DNA of 64,000 bases, taken from positions 16,595 through 80,594 of IMG/VR virus record IMGVR_UViG_3300028887_000102, one strand, 5' to 3'. A model generated the notes under the pieces. That model saw only the letters and a list, made by a program, of their open reading frames with translations, did no database searches and was not told where the DNA came from. Within the stretch, counting starts at the first letter, position 1. Every line of letters begins with the position of its first letter. Shown one piece after another: positions 55,739 through 64,000 of the stretch. Made by a program: the position numbers and the translations under genes. The stretch comes from a virus. Its lineage: Duplodnaviria; Caudoviricetes.

Positions 55739-55907
55739 AGAAGTTAAATCCGCTTTTTGGGTTGGGTTTGTTGTGGGGTTCATTGCCTTTGCTATCCTTG
55801 GATTTGTGGTCACACATTTCTGTTTGGATAGGGTAGAAGAATGCAAGACCCTTGATGGTGTCAAAGTATGTAGAACAATTACTTATGGTAATTGGGAAAC
55901 TAAATAG
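55728..55907 (+). CDS. Small single-TM membrane protein
   Basis: AFWVGFVVGFIAFAILGFVVTHF. Confidence 0.6.
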   Translation: MKNEEVKSAFWVGFVVGFIAFAILGFVVTHFCLDRVEECKTLDGVKVCRTITYGNWETK

Positions 55908-55915
55908 GAGAGAAT

Positions 55916-56356
55916 ATGTCTGCATATCCGTTTATTGGAAAAACAAAATGGCGTATGGGTGTTCCGTACAAGATTACAAATAAAGAATGCCTTTACACCG
56001 GAAAGAACATTGAAGTCGATGAAAACACTCTTGACACGGCATCCGATATTCTTGGCGATTATGCCCGTGAGCCGTTCGCCTATATAATCCTTAATGAAGA
56101 ATCCAATAGTGTCTATCACATCGGGTTCTGGTGCAATACCCGGCAATCCGGGATGGATATGATTGTAAGTTCTTTCAATCCATCCAAGGTTGATAAGGAA
56201 AAGGCTTATGCATTGCTCGACAAGATTATGACCAAAGCCGGTGCGGTTATTGACGAGAAAGCGGTATTGAATCGTATTGCCATCTTGAATCACGACATCA
56301 ACACACTTACTTTGGGTGTTCGTGATTTGCTCAAGATTCTTGCAGAGGGAGAGTGA
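55916..56356 (+). CDS. Hypothetical protein
   Basis: TAGGAG RBS. Confidence 0.7.
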   Translation: MSAYPFIGKTKWRMGVPYKITNKECLYTGKNIEVDENTLDTASDILGDYAREPFAYIILNEESNSVYHIGFWCNTRQSGMDMIVSSFNPSKVDKEKAYALLDKIMTKAGAVIDEKAVLNRIAILNHDINTLTLGVRDLLKILAEGE

Positions 56357-56694
56357 TGAATAAATTTGAAGCGAAAGTCATTGCTCACGAAAATGGATGG
56401 GCAGAGGGTTTGGGTCATTCTATGCTGAATCCTAAATATAGAGTGAAAGTACCTACTGGCGAACTTGTCTTGTATTTGAATATCGGGTATGAATTATCAA
56501 CGGACACACCCGAAGATGGTGCTACTCTTGAGTTGCAACATTGGAAGCCCAGTACGGCACATCCATCGGTGGCATCCCGCGATTGTTGTCTTACCTATAT
56601 GACGGAATCTCGTTTCATTGAATGGCTTGAAAATACTGCATCCGAACTAATCGCATTGGGTCTTAAAGAAAGTGAACATGGAACATTACCATAG
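56353..56694 (+). CDS. Hypothetical protein
   Basis: GTGA overlap. Confidence 0.6.
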   Translation: MMNKFEAKVIAHENGWAEGLGHSMLNPKYRVKVPTGELVLYLNIGYELSTDTPEDGATLELQHWKPSTAHPSVASRDCCLTYMTESRFIEWLENTASELIALGLKESEHGTLP

Positions 56695-56868
56695 GGGTAA
56701 TTATGAATAAGGAACATTTTGATATTATCTTCAAGGTAGTCTTGTTATTTTTGTTGTTTGTCATTACGGGTGGCATCTGGTTTAATAACGGCTTAACTAA
56801 AGCCCAGTGTTCGTGGTTGGCATCCATTGATGACCAGTTGTCATCAATAAAGGAACTTGGTTTGAATA

Positions 56869-57135
56869 ATGGCAGATGAAAAACCGATTAGCGAAGCGTT
56901 CATTTTGAGAAACAAGTATGGCGCCATCATCGGTGTGTTTGTGGATGAAGACGCATTGAAAGCCAATATGCCTTATGGCGATGATTTTCACGAACGATGC
57001 GGAAAATCTATTGAGCCGGTAGATTATACTATCCAGCCGATTTCGCTTTTTAAGGATAAGAAGCGGAACTCTGCCATTAGGCAATTTATCCACTCTGCCC
57101 GAAACGAAAGAACATTCACACCGAAGTTTTACTAG
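56869..57135 (+). CDS. Hypothetical protein
   Basis: AAGGA RBS. Confidence 0.6.
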   Translation: MADEKPISEAFILRNKYGAIIGVFVDEDALKANMPYGDDFHERCGKSIEPVDYTIQPISLFKDKKRNSAIRQFIHSARNERTFTPKFY

Positions 57136-57207
57136 GACTCGTTATGCGGAACATTCCGCTATAAACAAAAACCACAACTTATCAACAAAATAAAAGGAAA
57201 TATCATT

Positions 57208-57549
57208 GTGAATCAAGATTGCCTACTCCCAGTTATTGTCTGCATCGTCATTTTGTTTTGTGTTATAATTTGGGGTGTCATCGTTATATTCCGTTCCAAG
57301 TCCAAAGCCTTGCCTAGTTTCTATGGAATCCTCCCACCACCAAAGCCGGGAGATTTCCGAATCGTTGAACTCGAAGATGGCAGATTTTCGGTACAACAAT
57401 ATGCGAATGGTTCTTGGGAAATCCCCGATTTGACTGGACCTATTGCTTATGAAAAGTATGATGATGCCGTTTCGTGGATGCACCGTTGCTATCAATGCAC
57501 ACATAAGAGATTGCCCATCAAGAGAGTTATAACTATATGCCCCAAGTAG
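57208..57549 (+). CDS. Single-TM membrane protein
   Basis: N-terminal hydrophobic helix. Confidence 0.65.
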   Translation: MNQDCLLPVIVCIVILFCVIIWGVIVIFRSKSKALPSFYGILPPPKPGDFRIVELEDGRFSVQQYANGSWEIPDLTGPIAYEKYDDAVSWMHRCYQCTHKRLPIKRVITICPK

Positions 57550-57561
57550 GAGAACAATACA

Positions 57562-57951
57562 ATGGCTACACTTACTTATGACAAGCTCCCCGAAGACTGC
57601 GATGTATATGACCTTGCCGATAAAGCGGACTATTCCCTTGATTATTTGGGAAAGTGTGTATGGCAAGCCATCTCGCAGGGAATCCGTGATACTTGCACAT
57701 TCCCACCTTTTGAAGTCACGATGCATCGTGATAGGTCGTTTGTTGTCCGTGGCTCCGTTGTGGATTTTCGCAAGTTCCCGGATATTCGCCTTGAGTACGA
57801 AGCCTATATTCGCTCTGGCAAAGACCACTACAAGATTGATTTATACTATGAGAATTATTACCTTGCCCATCGGGAATGCCCCCTAGATACTATTGCGGTA
57901 GTATCTGCAACAATGGAACTTATGGGTATTGCCGCATCCAAGTATGCCTAG
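57562..57951 (+). CDS. Hypothetical protein
   Basis: TAGGAG RBS. Confidence 0.7.
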   Translation: MATLTYDKLPEDCDVYDLADKADYSLDYLGKCVWQAISQGIRDTCTFPPFEVTMHRDRSFVVRGSVVDFRKFPDIRLEYEAYIRSGKDHYKIDLYYENYYLAHRECPLDTIAVVSATMELMGIAASKYA

Positions 57952-57991
57952 TTAGTTCATTGAAGCCACTTATAATTTTTATAAAATTGTC

Positions 57992-58020
57992 TTGACATCC
58001 TTGTGATATTTAGTTATATT
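57992..58020 (+). promoter_or_regulatory. Sigma70-type promoter, copy 10
   Basis: TTGACA-tccttgtgatatttagt-TATATT. Confidence 0.85.
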
Positions 58021-58066
58021 TGGGATAGTAAGTCGGCATAGTTAAACTTATTAAGGAGATTCCATT

Positions 58067-58231
58067 ATGCGATACAAGCCGAACACACCCCCACCCGAAT
58101 GTGGCTATCCGCTAGTGGGTAAGACAAGCCTGGTAATGGCTGACCTGCTCGCCCGTTGCTACGGATGGGAGAAACCCGAATTTAAACTGGAACCGGTATC
58201 TATCGCTGAATTAAATCATAATAAGGACTAA
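58067..58231 (+). CDS. 54-aa microprotein
   Basis: AAGGAG RBS; MRYKPNTPPPECGYPLVGK...; TAATG overlap. Confidence 0.55.
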   Translation: MRYKPNTPPPECGYPLVGKTSLVMADLLARCYGWEKPEFKLEPVSIAELNHNKD

Positions 58232-58704
58232 TGCCTATGTTCAATAAAACTTGGACGGACAATGAAATAAACTTGCTCAAGATTGGCGAGATGCCATCCC
58301 GCAGAACTATTAGTGGTGCTAGATGTAAAGCACACGAACTGGGAATACCTTTCCATCCAATAAAGAAAGATTTAGAACCCATCCAAAAAGAAGTTGCCCC
58401 CGCGAAGATAGATAACACTTGGAGCAAATATGAAATCGCTATGCTCCATAAGAAGAAAATTCCACCCGGACGGACTAGACAAGCCGCATACGAAAAGGCA
58501 CATTTTCTTGGTATTCCATTCAACCCGATTCGTAAACAAAAGGTGTCTCAAAAGGAACGCATCGCCCAGTTGCGAGAGCCGATTATTAACGAACTTGTAG
58601 CCACACATAAGATTAGGGCTACCGCTCGAAAGTTTAATGTACACTATACCGCAGTTCGGAACATTGCTTTGGAACTGGGTATTCTTATCAACAAAGGAAA
58701 ATGA
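58231..58704 (+). CDS. Putative DNA-binding protein with two Myb/SANT-like repeats and a C-terminal HTH
   Basis: TWTDNEINLL...RRT....R.KAHELGIPF and TWSKYEIAML...GRT.QA.YEKAHFLGIPF; IRATARKFNVHYTAVRNI. Confidence 0.55.
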   Translation: MPMFNKTWTDNEINLLKIGEMPSRRTISGARCKAHELGIPFHPIKKDLEPIQKEVAPAKIDNTWSKYEIAMLHKKKIPPGRTRQAAYEKAHFLGIPFNPIRKQKVSQKERIAQLREPIINELVATHKIRATARKFNVHYTAVRNIALELGILINKGK

Positions 58705-58931
58705 AAACAATGATTGATTTTATTAAAGACGCTTGGCTTCCGATTACACAATGCTACATCTGCGAAGCCTTTGGTATCTATTTTGCTTATTGCTTTTTTA
58801 AGGATAGGCTCAAGGCGAAGAATAAGGAAATTGAATCTCTCCGCTTGGAAAATGCGAAACTTAAAGAAGCCAAGGGTAATCTTTGCCGAAAGCTCTTGGA
58901 CATCGTTAATGCCCCTGCATCAAAGGACTAG
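58701..58931 (+). CDS. Small TM/coiled-coil protein
   Basis: ATGA overlap. Confidence 0.55.
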   Translation: MKTMIDFIKDAWLPITQCYICEAFGIYFAYCFFKDRLKAKNKEIESLRLENAKLKEAKGNLCRKLLDIVNAPASKD

Positions 58932-58934
58932 ATA

Positions 58935-59231
58935 TTGGCTACGAAATATCCGTACAAGGTTCATTTACTTTTGAACACGAAAGGTGCCGTCACGGAGCAT
59001 TTATGTGATTCCGATTATGATACCTTGAAAGATGCTCAAGCCTATATCAATGAACAAATAAAAGAGACAATGGATAATCTGGATAATAGTGGGGAATCCT
59101 ACACGGTATCTTGTATTGCACATAAGGATGCTTATGATATACCCAGAGCCTATCAATCTACGATGACCCCATTGTTCTGCAAGATTATAAAAACCGAAGC
59201 GTTCGTTATGGAAATGACCGCTGTAAGGTAA
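58935..59231 (+). CDS. Hypothetical protein
   Basis: AAGGA RBS. Confidence 0.6.
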   Translation: MATKYPYKVHLLLNTKGAVTEHLCDSDYDTLKDAQAYINEQIKETMDNLDNSGESYTVSCIAHKDAYDIPRAYQSTMTPLFCKIIKTEAFVMEMTAVR

Positions 59232-59247
59232 AGGAAATTCAAGACTT

Positions 59248-59973
59248 ATGGACAACTATGATTCCAGAATCGTTAAGATTTTCTTTAAAGTTTGTGTGAG
59301 TGATTCAACGGATATTGATGACATCGCCAAGCATCGTTTTATTTACCCGGACATCATTGACCGATACATCTATACCTTTAATGCTAACAATGCTCCATTG
59401 GATAATGAATATCTGCCCGATGGTGTTGAGAATGCGATGCATACTATCGTGTTCGATAAGGACAAGGGTATCTTGTTATGTTGCAGTTATCGTGTGAAGA
59501 ATGAATTATTCTATGATACGGATAAGTTCAAGGCCATCTTGAATAAAATTGTTGATGATATGGATGGTGCTATGTGCGATGGCTGGGGAGAATCCGGTAT
59601 GCAATTCCAAAGCCACGGCAATGTAATTTATCTGCATTTTGGCAACGATGTTGAAATGGTTTCTATGGACATACCCAATACCGGTTGGTTGCATATTAAA
59701 TGGGAATCCATTGATGCCATCCAGCACCTTGATTGGATTATGAATGGTATTCTTGTGTATAATTCTTTATATAAGCCAGAGTATATCACGGGTACTGTGG
59801 CTTATAAGAAGAAGTTGAGCGAAAGCCTTATGAAAGATTTGAAGAAATCCAAACTTGATGAAAAGACAAAAGCACAAATTCAAGCCGAACTTGATGATGC
59901 ATTCCCTTACAACAAGGACTTGGAAGCATACAAGTATATTACAGAAAATAAGAGCTTGTTTTTTACTGCATAA
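59248..59973 (+). CDS. Hypothetical protein
   Basis: 241 aa; AAGGA RBS. Confidence 0.7.
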   Translation: MDNYDSRIVKIFFKVCVSDSTDIDDIAKHRFIYPDIIDRYIYTFNANNAPLDNEYLPDGVENAMHTIVFDKDKGILLCCSYRVKNELFYDTDKFKAILNKIVDDMDGAMCDGWGESGMQFQSHGNVIYLHFGNDVEMVSMDIPNTGWLHIKWESIDAIQHLDWIMNGILVYNSLYKPEYITGTVAYKKKLSESLMKDLKKSKLDEKTKAQIQAELDDAFPYNKDLEAYKYITENKSLFFTA

Positions 59974-59983
59974 GGAGTTGTGT

Positions 59984-60226
59984 ATGCCACGATACAATGT
60001 ATTTGATTTGTATAAAAAACTTGAAGCCCGATACCCTAATCATTTCGTAATAGAAAAGCCCCGTGATATGGCTATATTGTATCGCCTTGCTAATGGACAA
60101 AAGGTAAAGATTGCCGATGAGACCGGCATCTTTATTGATTGGCAATCCGTGGATTGCTATACCCTGCAAAGTATTGTAGATAATAATGCCCATGTTGTAG
60201 CATCTTATTTGAGTGGATTGCTTTAG
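59984..60226 (+). CDS. Hypothetical protein
   Basis: AAGGAG RBS. Confidence 0.65.
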   Translation: MPRYNVFDLYKKLEARYPNHFVIEKPRDMAILYRLANGQKVKIADETGIFIDWQSVDCYTLQSIVDNNAHVVASYLSGLL

Positions 60227-60250
60227 GAGTTTTTAAAAAGGAATTGTAAT

Positions 60251-60673
60251 ATGAAAAAGATTGTAGCCGCTTGTGTAGCATACTATGAAGATTTGAAGCA
60301 TCCTTTTGATGTGGCAACTAATCACGGTGTTGCCTTGATGAACCTTGCCCGGTTAAATTACGATTGGAAATTTAATAGCAAGTACCCCCCAAATTGGCAG
60401 GGATTTATCGTCAAGGTTGATGACGATACTTACCAATATGCGAACCGCGAAGAAAGTTATGAGATTGCGAAAGCCGCTAATCAATTAAAGCCCGATACAC
60501 AAAAATTGCCGTATGGTCTGGATTCCTACCAGATAGTGTCCTATGACCCTGCGGAGATTGAAAAACTCCATACCATCGCTATCAATGTTGCCAAGGCATT
60601 TACCGATAGGTTTATGCATAATCAAACACCGAAACGAATTACCCACGAATCTTTAAAGGAGAATAAGGTATGA
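60251..60673 (+). CDS. Hypothetical protein
   Basis: AAGGA RBS. Confidence 0.7.
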   Translation: MKKIVAACVAYYEDLKHPFDVATNHGVALMNLARLNYDWKFNSKYPPNWQGFIVKVDDDTYQYANREESYEIAKAANQLKPDTQKLPYGLDSYQIVSYDPAEIEKLHTIAINVAKAFTDRFMHNQTPKRITHESLKENKV

Positions 60674-60930
60674 TGACACCAACTGAAAAGAAACTTGAAG
60701 AATATCTTGATGCCCATAAAAATGAATTTGGTGTATCAACGGTTAATGCCCTTGTTGATTTGTCTATTGATTGTTTTAAACTTGTTAAAGAACGTGGTGA
60801 CAAGTTGAAAGTTTGTGACATTAGCAATTACATACTTACTACATGGGATGTTGCCGTAAGACGAACAGAGAAAGCATACCTAGATATGTTATACAAGAAC
60901 AATAACAAGAGCAAGAAGAAGACAAAATGA
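60670..60930 (+). CDS. Hypothetical protein
   Basis: ATGA overlap. Confidence 0.6.
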   Translation: MMTPTEKKLEEYLDAHKNEFGVSTVNALVDLSIDCFKLVKERGDKLKVCDISNYILTTWDVAVRRTEKAYLDMLYKNNNKSKKKTK

Positions 60931-61145
60931 ATTTCGTTATTAAGAAGATTGTTGAACGAATTAAACGAAAGTTTTGTGACCATAATAACTTTAATGTTCT
61001 TGGAAAGTTTGGCCCGACATCCGGCAGACACAAGACTTGGATTTCTTGCAGATGCAGGGATTGCGGTCAATACTTTGTGTATGAAGAACACGACGGCAAG
61101 AAGTTTCTCAAGGATGGTCCCGGCTTCGGTTTTCATAAGATTTAA
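60927..61145 (+). CDS. Small zinc-binding protein
   Basis: FCDH...SCRCRDCG. Confidence 0.6.
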   Translation: MNFVIKKIVERIKRKFCDHNNFNVLGKFGPTSGRHKTWISCRCRDCGQYFVYEEHDGKKFLKDGPGFGFHKI

Positions 61146-61162
61146 CAAGAGGATTTTGTTTA

Positions 61163-62005
61163 ATGACAAAGCATCTTTATGTAATTGGACACCCTATTTC
61201 TCATAGTAAGTCCGCTATACTCCATAATGCACTTTTCAAGTATTTGGGCATTGATGCGGATTACACACCCCTTGACACAACTAATCTGCCCGATACCATC
61301 TCTATGCTCAAGGAACAAGGATTCCATGGTGCTAATGTCACGATGCCGTGGAAGAAAACAGTTTCCAAGTGTGTAGATTCTTTATCTCCAATGAGTTTTA
61401 TGTCCGAAAGTGTAAACACTCTTTATTGGGAAGACAATGAACTATGTGGCACTACAACGGATGCCGTTGGTTTTATGCGAGGGCTTGGGCCGTTCTTTAC
61501 GGCTGGCGATAAGAACATTACTATTATCGGTTCTGGTGGTGTGGCTAGGTGCTTGGCATTCGCTATGGCTCAATGCGGAAATGTTTTGATTACTAGCCGA
61601 AATGAATTTTCGTGTATGACCCTTGCGGCAGAAGTAAACGAGGTTTATAAATTCCGTAAGCCTGCAACATACATTGCTCTTGATAAGTTCACTTATGAAG
61701 CATCCGAAAAGCAAGACATCATCATCAATGCTACTCCGTGTGGAATGGAGCTTCCGGGTTATAATTACTTGCCTATTCCCGAAGATGCTATTCATCCGCA
61801 TCAAGTCATTTGCGATTGCGTTTATAATCCGATTGAAACTAAATTGGTGTCCTATGCCAAATCTATTGGTTGCAAAGTCGTGTATGGCTATGAGATGTTT
61901 ATTCATCAAGCCCTAGAAAGTTTGAAGATTTGGTTTCCCGATGTTGTTAAAGATGCAGAGTATGAAAAGCTCTATAAATTATCAAGGTCTATCTTGAATG
62001 TATAA
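61163..62005 (+). CDS. aroE: Shikimate dehydrogenase
   Basis: VIGHPISHSKS, GANVTMPWK, SVNTL, TTDAVGF, IIGSGGVAR, INATPCGM, DCVYNP.ET.L, G.EMFIHQA. Confidence 0.9.
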   Translation: MTKHLYVIGHPISHSKSAILHNALFKYLGIDADYTPLDTTNLPDTISMLKEQGFHGANVTMPWKKTVSKCVDSLSPMSFMSESVNTLYWEDNELCGTTTDAVGFMRGLGPFFTAGDKNITIIGSGGVARCLAFAMAQCGNVLITSRNEFSCMTLAAEVNEVYKFRKPATYIALDKFTYEASEKQDIIINATPCGMELPGYNYLPIPEDAIHPHQVICDCVYNPIETKLVSYAKSIGCKVVYGYEMFIHQALESLKIWFPDVVKDAEYEKLYKLSRSILNV

Positions 62006-62026
62006 TGATTAAAGGAGAACAAGACT

Positions 62027-62233
62027 ATGCCACAATACCATGTCGGTTGCGGAATTTCCGCTATCTATGCAGGTGTACTTACAAGACACGGAATTTGGAA
62101 AACAAAATCCCCGGTCACTGATGAGGCTATCGGTGCTTCGGCACAATGGTTGTTAGACAATAAACAAGATTTTTGTTTTACGAAAGGTGGTAAGCGCTAT
62201 CGTATGCAAGTAGTCGAGGAATCTAATGATTAG
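62027..62233 (+). CDS. Hypothetical protein
   Basis: AAGGAG RBS; YHVGCGISAIYAG. Confidence 0.65.
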   Translation: MPQYHVGCGISAIYAGVLTRHGIWKTKSPVTDEAIGASAQWLLDNKQDFCFTKGGKRYRMQVVEESND

Positions 62234-62414
62234 CATATCCGAAAAATCCGAATACACCGGTATGGTGGGAGTTCAACACATTTGCGATAGATGTCAAAGT
62301 ATCATTTGCTTTGCAGATACTCTTACACCACCGAAAGCGAACTATGTTGAAATCTGCCAGAAGTGCGCTATCGAGTTATACAATAAGGAACTTGAAGCCA
62401 ATGCGAGTCATTAG
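62226..62414 (+). CDS. Zinc-finger microprotein
   Basis: HICDRCQ...EICQKCA. Confidence 0.55.
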   Translation: MISISEKSEYTGMVGVQHICDRCQSIICFADTLTPPKANYVEICQKCAIELYNKELEANASH

Positions 62415-62631
62415 AAAACATTGCATCTATAAGCATTTCAAGGGCAAGTTATATATCGTAGAAGATTTTGCCACACATTCGGAAACCGGAGAGAAGATGG
62501 TCGTGTATCGCCAACTCTATGGAGACCTTGAATTATATGTTCGCCCCTACGATATGTTCAATTCTCTTGTGGATAAGGAAAAGTACCCCGATGCTACACA
62601 ACAATATCGTTTCCAGGAGTTTTACGGATGA
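62401..62631 (+). CDS. DUF1653-family protein
   Basis: YKHFKGKLY.V...ATHSETGEKMVVYRQLYG....YVRPYDMF.S.VD.EKYP...Q.YRF. Confidence 0.85.
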   Translation: MRVIRKHCIYKHFKGKLYIVEDFATHSETGEKMVVYRQLYGDLELYVRPYDMFNSLVDKEKYPDATQQYRFQEFYG

Positions 62632-62795
62632 AATTTGAATGTGACATCTGCGGAGATGTAAAGAAGACCACACGGCTTCGGCTCTGCCATATCATGGATA
62701 TAACCGATTATAATTTCATTTGCGATGATTGCTTGCCCATCCAAGAAAAAGTGGGTAAGGTTGAAGATGCTAAAGGGAATATCGGAGATATTTGA
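62628..62795 (+). CDS. Zinc-finger microprotein
   Basis: FECDICGD...FICDDCL. Confidence 0.5.
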   Translation: MKFECDICGDVKKTTRLRLCHIMDITDYNFICDDCLPIQEKVGKVEDAKGNIGDI

Positions 62796-62797
62796 TT

Positions 62798-63169
62798 ATG
62801 CCAATAGTTGATATTAAGCACCCCGGATTCACGATTAAGGGTTATGTTGAAGAAACACATAAGCACGTCTTGTGTACATACATCCAACAAAACGATGTAT
62901 TGTCTGCCGTTCTTGTATCTCCGTTTCGGTCTATAAGTGAACTCAATCGGTGTGCCTTTCGCAATCATCTTAAATCGGAAAAGGGTTTGTTCCGTGCCGT
63001 TGCGATTGACACGGATGACACACCCCCCGAAGTGGATAGGTGGCTTCGTGGATATGATGATGTGCCTAAACCCGAAAACTCTTTTGATGTCTTGGAATCC
63101 GTAAAATATACTGTATTGCACCCGAATGGTTCGGATGGCTTAACTATGGTTTTAGAACCAAAGGAATGA
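62798..63169 (+). CDS. Hypothetical protein
   Basis: GGAG RBS. Confidence 0.65.
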   Translation: MPIVDIKHPGFTIKGYVEETHKHVLCTYIQQNDVLSAVLVSPFRSISELNRCAFRNHLKSEKGLFRAVAIDTDDTPPEVDRWLRGYDDVPKPENSFDVLESVKYTVLHPNGSDGLTMVLEPKE

Positions 63170-63358
63170 ATTATGGAAGATTGGGAAACTTGTGACCTTT
63201 ATGATTTCGTAGGTTCTTGGGAATGTACGATGTCCGAAAGGGAAAAGAAACTTTATCGCATCGAGAACCTTTGCCCCGAACACGAACGAGAGCGTGAAAT
63301 GGAAAAGTTCAATGAAGAATTTGGCACGGATGACCTTTCAACATTTGATTAGTTTAAT

Positions 63359-63547
63359 ATGATTATACGAATTGAAGATGATAATGTCCGCAATGATATA
63401 TCTATCTATGTTTCCGTTTCTGGTGTAGATAAGGATAAACTTGAAATAACTATCGACCAGCAAGTTCCACCCTGCGGAGATATGAAGCAAGTTTCGTACC
63501 ATATTCTTGACTTGCCCCCGGAAACAAATCCAAAGGATTTCTTGTAA
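63359..63547 (+). CDS. Hypothetical protein
   Basis: 62 aa; abuts the next gene. Confidence 0.5.
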   Translation: MIIRIEDDNVRNDISIYVSVSGVDKDKLEITIDQQVPPCGDMKQVSYHILDLPPETNPKDFL

Positions 63548-63850
63548 ATGCGTAAAGTCTCTAAATTAAAACCGGTAGTTTATTATAATCGCCTTGTGTA
63601 TGATAGGGCTATGGCGAATGCTTATATTCGGTATCAAAAGTACAAGCGATGCCAGAATATGTGGATGTATTGTAGTGCTATGTGGCATCGGTATATGGAT
63701 GCCGAAATAAAAGAAAGGCTACGAACCGGCTACTGCGATAGTAAGGATTCCAATTTCTATTCCCGATGGCGTGACAAATGGGAACAACTTATGATGCATT
63801 TCAAGGAACTTAATAATGAATCCGTTAAAACCAATCGAACTAGAACTTAA
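63548..63850 (+). CDS. Paralog family, class B
   Basis: IRYQKYKRCQNMW...WRDKWEQLMMHFKEL. Confidence 0.65.
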   Translation: MRKVSKLKPVVYYNRLVYDRAMANAYIRYQKYKRCQNMWMYCSAMWHRYMDAEIKERLRTGYCDSKDSNFYSRWRDKWEQLMMHFKELNNESVKTNRTRT

Positions 63851-64000
63851 ATGCAGTAAGGACACCCCCGAAAAAGAATATAGGGAAAAATATCTTGGTT
63901 ATGATAAAGATGAAGCCGATTCCTATATAGACACCTTGCAGAATGAAATAGACATATACAAGGAAAAGTATAAGCAAGAGTATGATATTGCAGTTGCCAA
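63816..64000 (+). CDS. Paralog-family member, truncated by the window end
   Basis: MNPLKPIELEL...GYDKDEADSYIDTL. Confidence 0.5.
   Translation, partial: MNPLKPIELELKCSKDTPEKEYREKYLGYDKDEADSYIDTLQNEIDIYKEKYKQEYDIAVA

Noticed and set aside
58030-58230. GC-richer stretch after promoter copy 10 that looked like an ncRNA or tRNA
   Set aside because: It is explained by a 54-aa ORF with an AAGGAG RBS and a TAATG overlap.
1-64000. Stop-codon recoding (TAG or TGA read as sense), as in some large phages
   Set aside because: Long genes are intact in the standard code, and TAG/TGA stops are followed by RBSs or terminators.
1-64000. CRISPR array, tRNA or rRNA genes
   Set aside because: No regularly spaced direct repeats or cloverleaf signatures were seen by eye. 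tRNAscan-SE was not run, so a tRNA could have been missed.

Overview
This is a 64 kb segment of a large lytic myovirus (T4-like or jumbo phage gene style, standard genetic code, strong Shine-Dalgarno sites). The host is probably Fibrobacter-like rather than Bacteroidota (inference). The window starts with acidic, probably virion-internal proteins. A contractile-tail module follows at 6.4-14.7 kb: sheath, tube, hub chaperone, tape-measure-like and baseplate genes. The remaining ~49 kb is dense small-gene cassettes driven by ten near-identical sigma70-type promoters. Recognisable genes are TnpB (solo IS200/IS605 element), an HNH endonuclease, RtcB, LemA, shikimate dehydrogenase, an M14/AstE-like hydrolase, DUF1653 and a Fib_succ_major-domain protein. 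The best leads are: (1) modular acidic polyproteins with regularly spaced ESxK[NS]E linkers, possibly cut by the prohead protease; (2) a prfB-like CUU-UGA +1 frameshift that completes the tail-chaperone gene; (3) an expansion of about 17 paralogous small helical proteins; (4) an acyl-carrier-protein mimic lacking the attachment serine; (5) a polymerase-fold protein behind a structured leader; (6) a TnpB element whose exact removal restores a phage ORF. All family assignments come from motif recognition by eye; no database searches were run.
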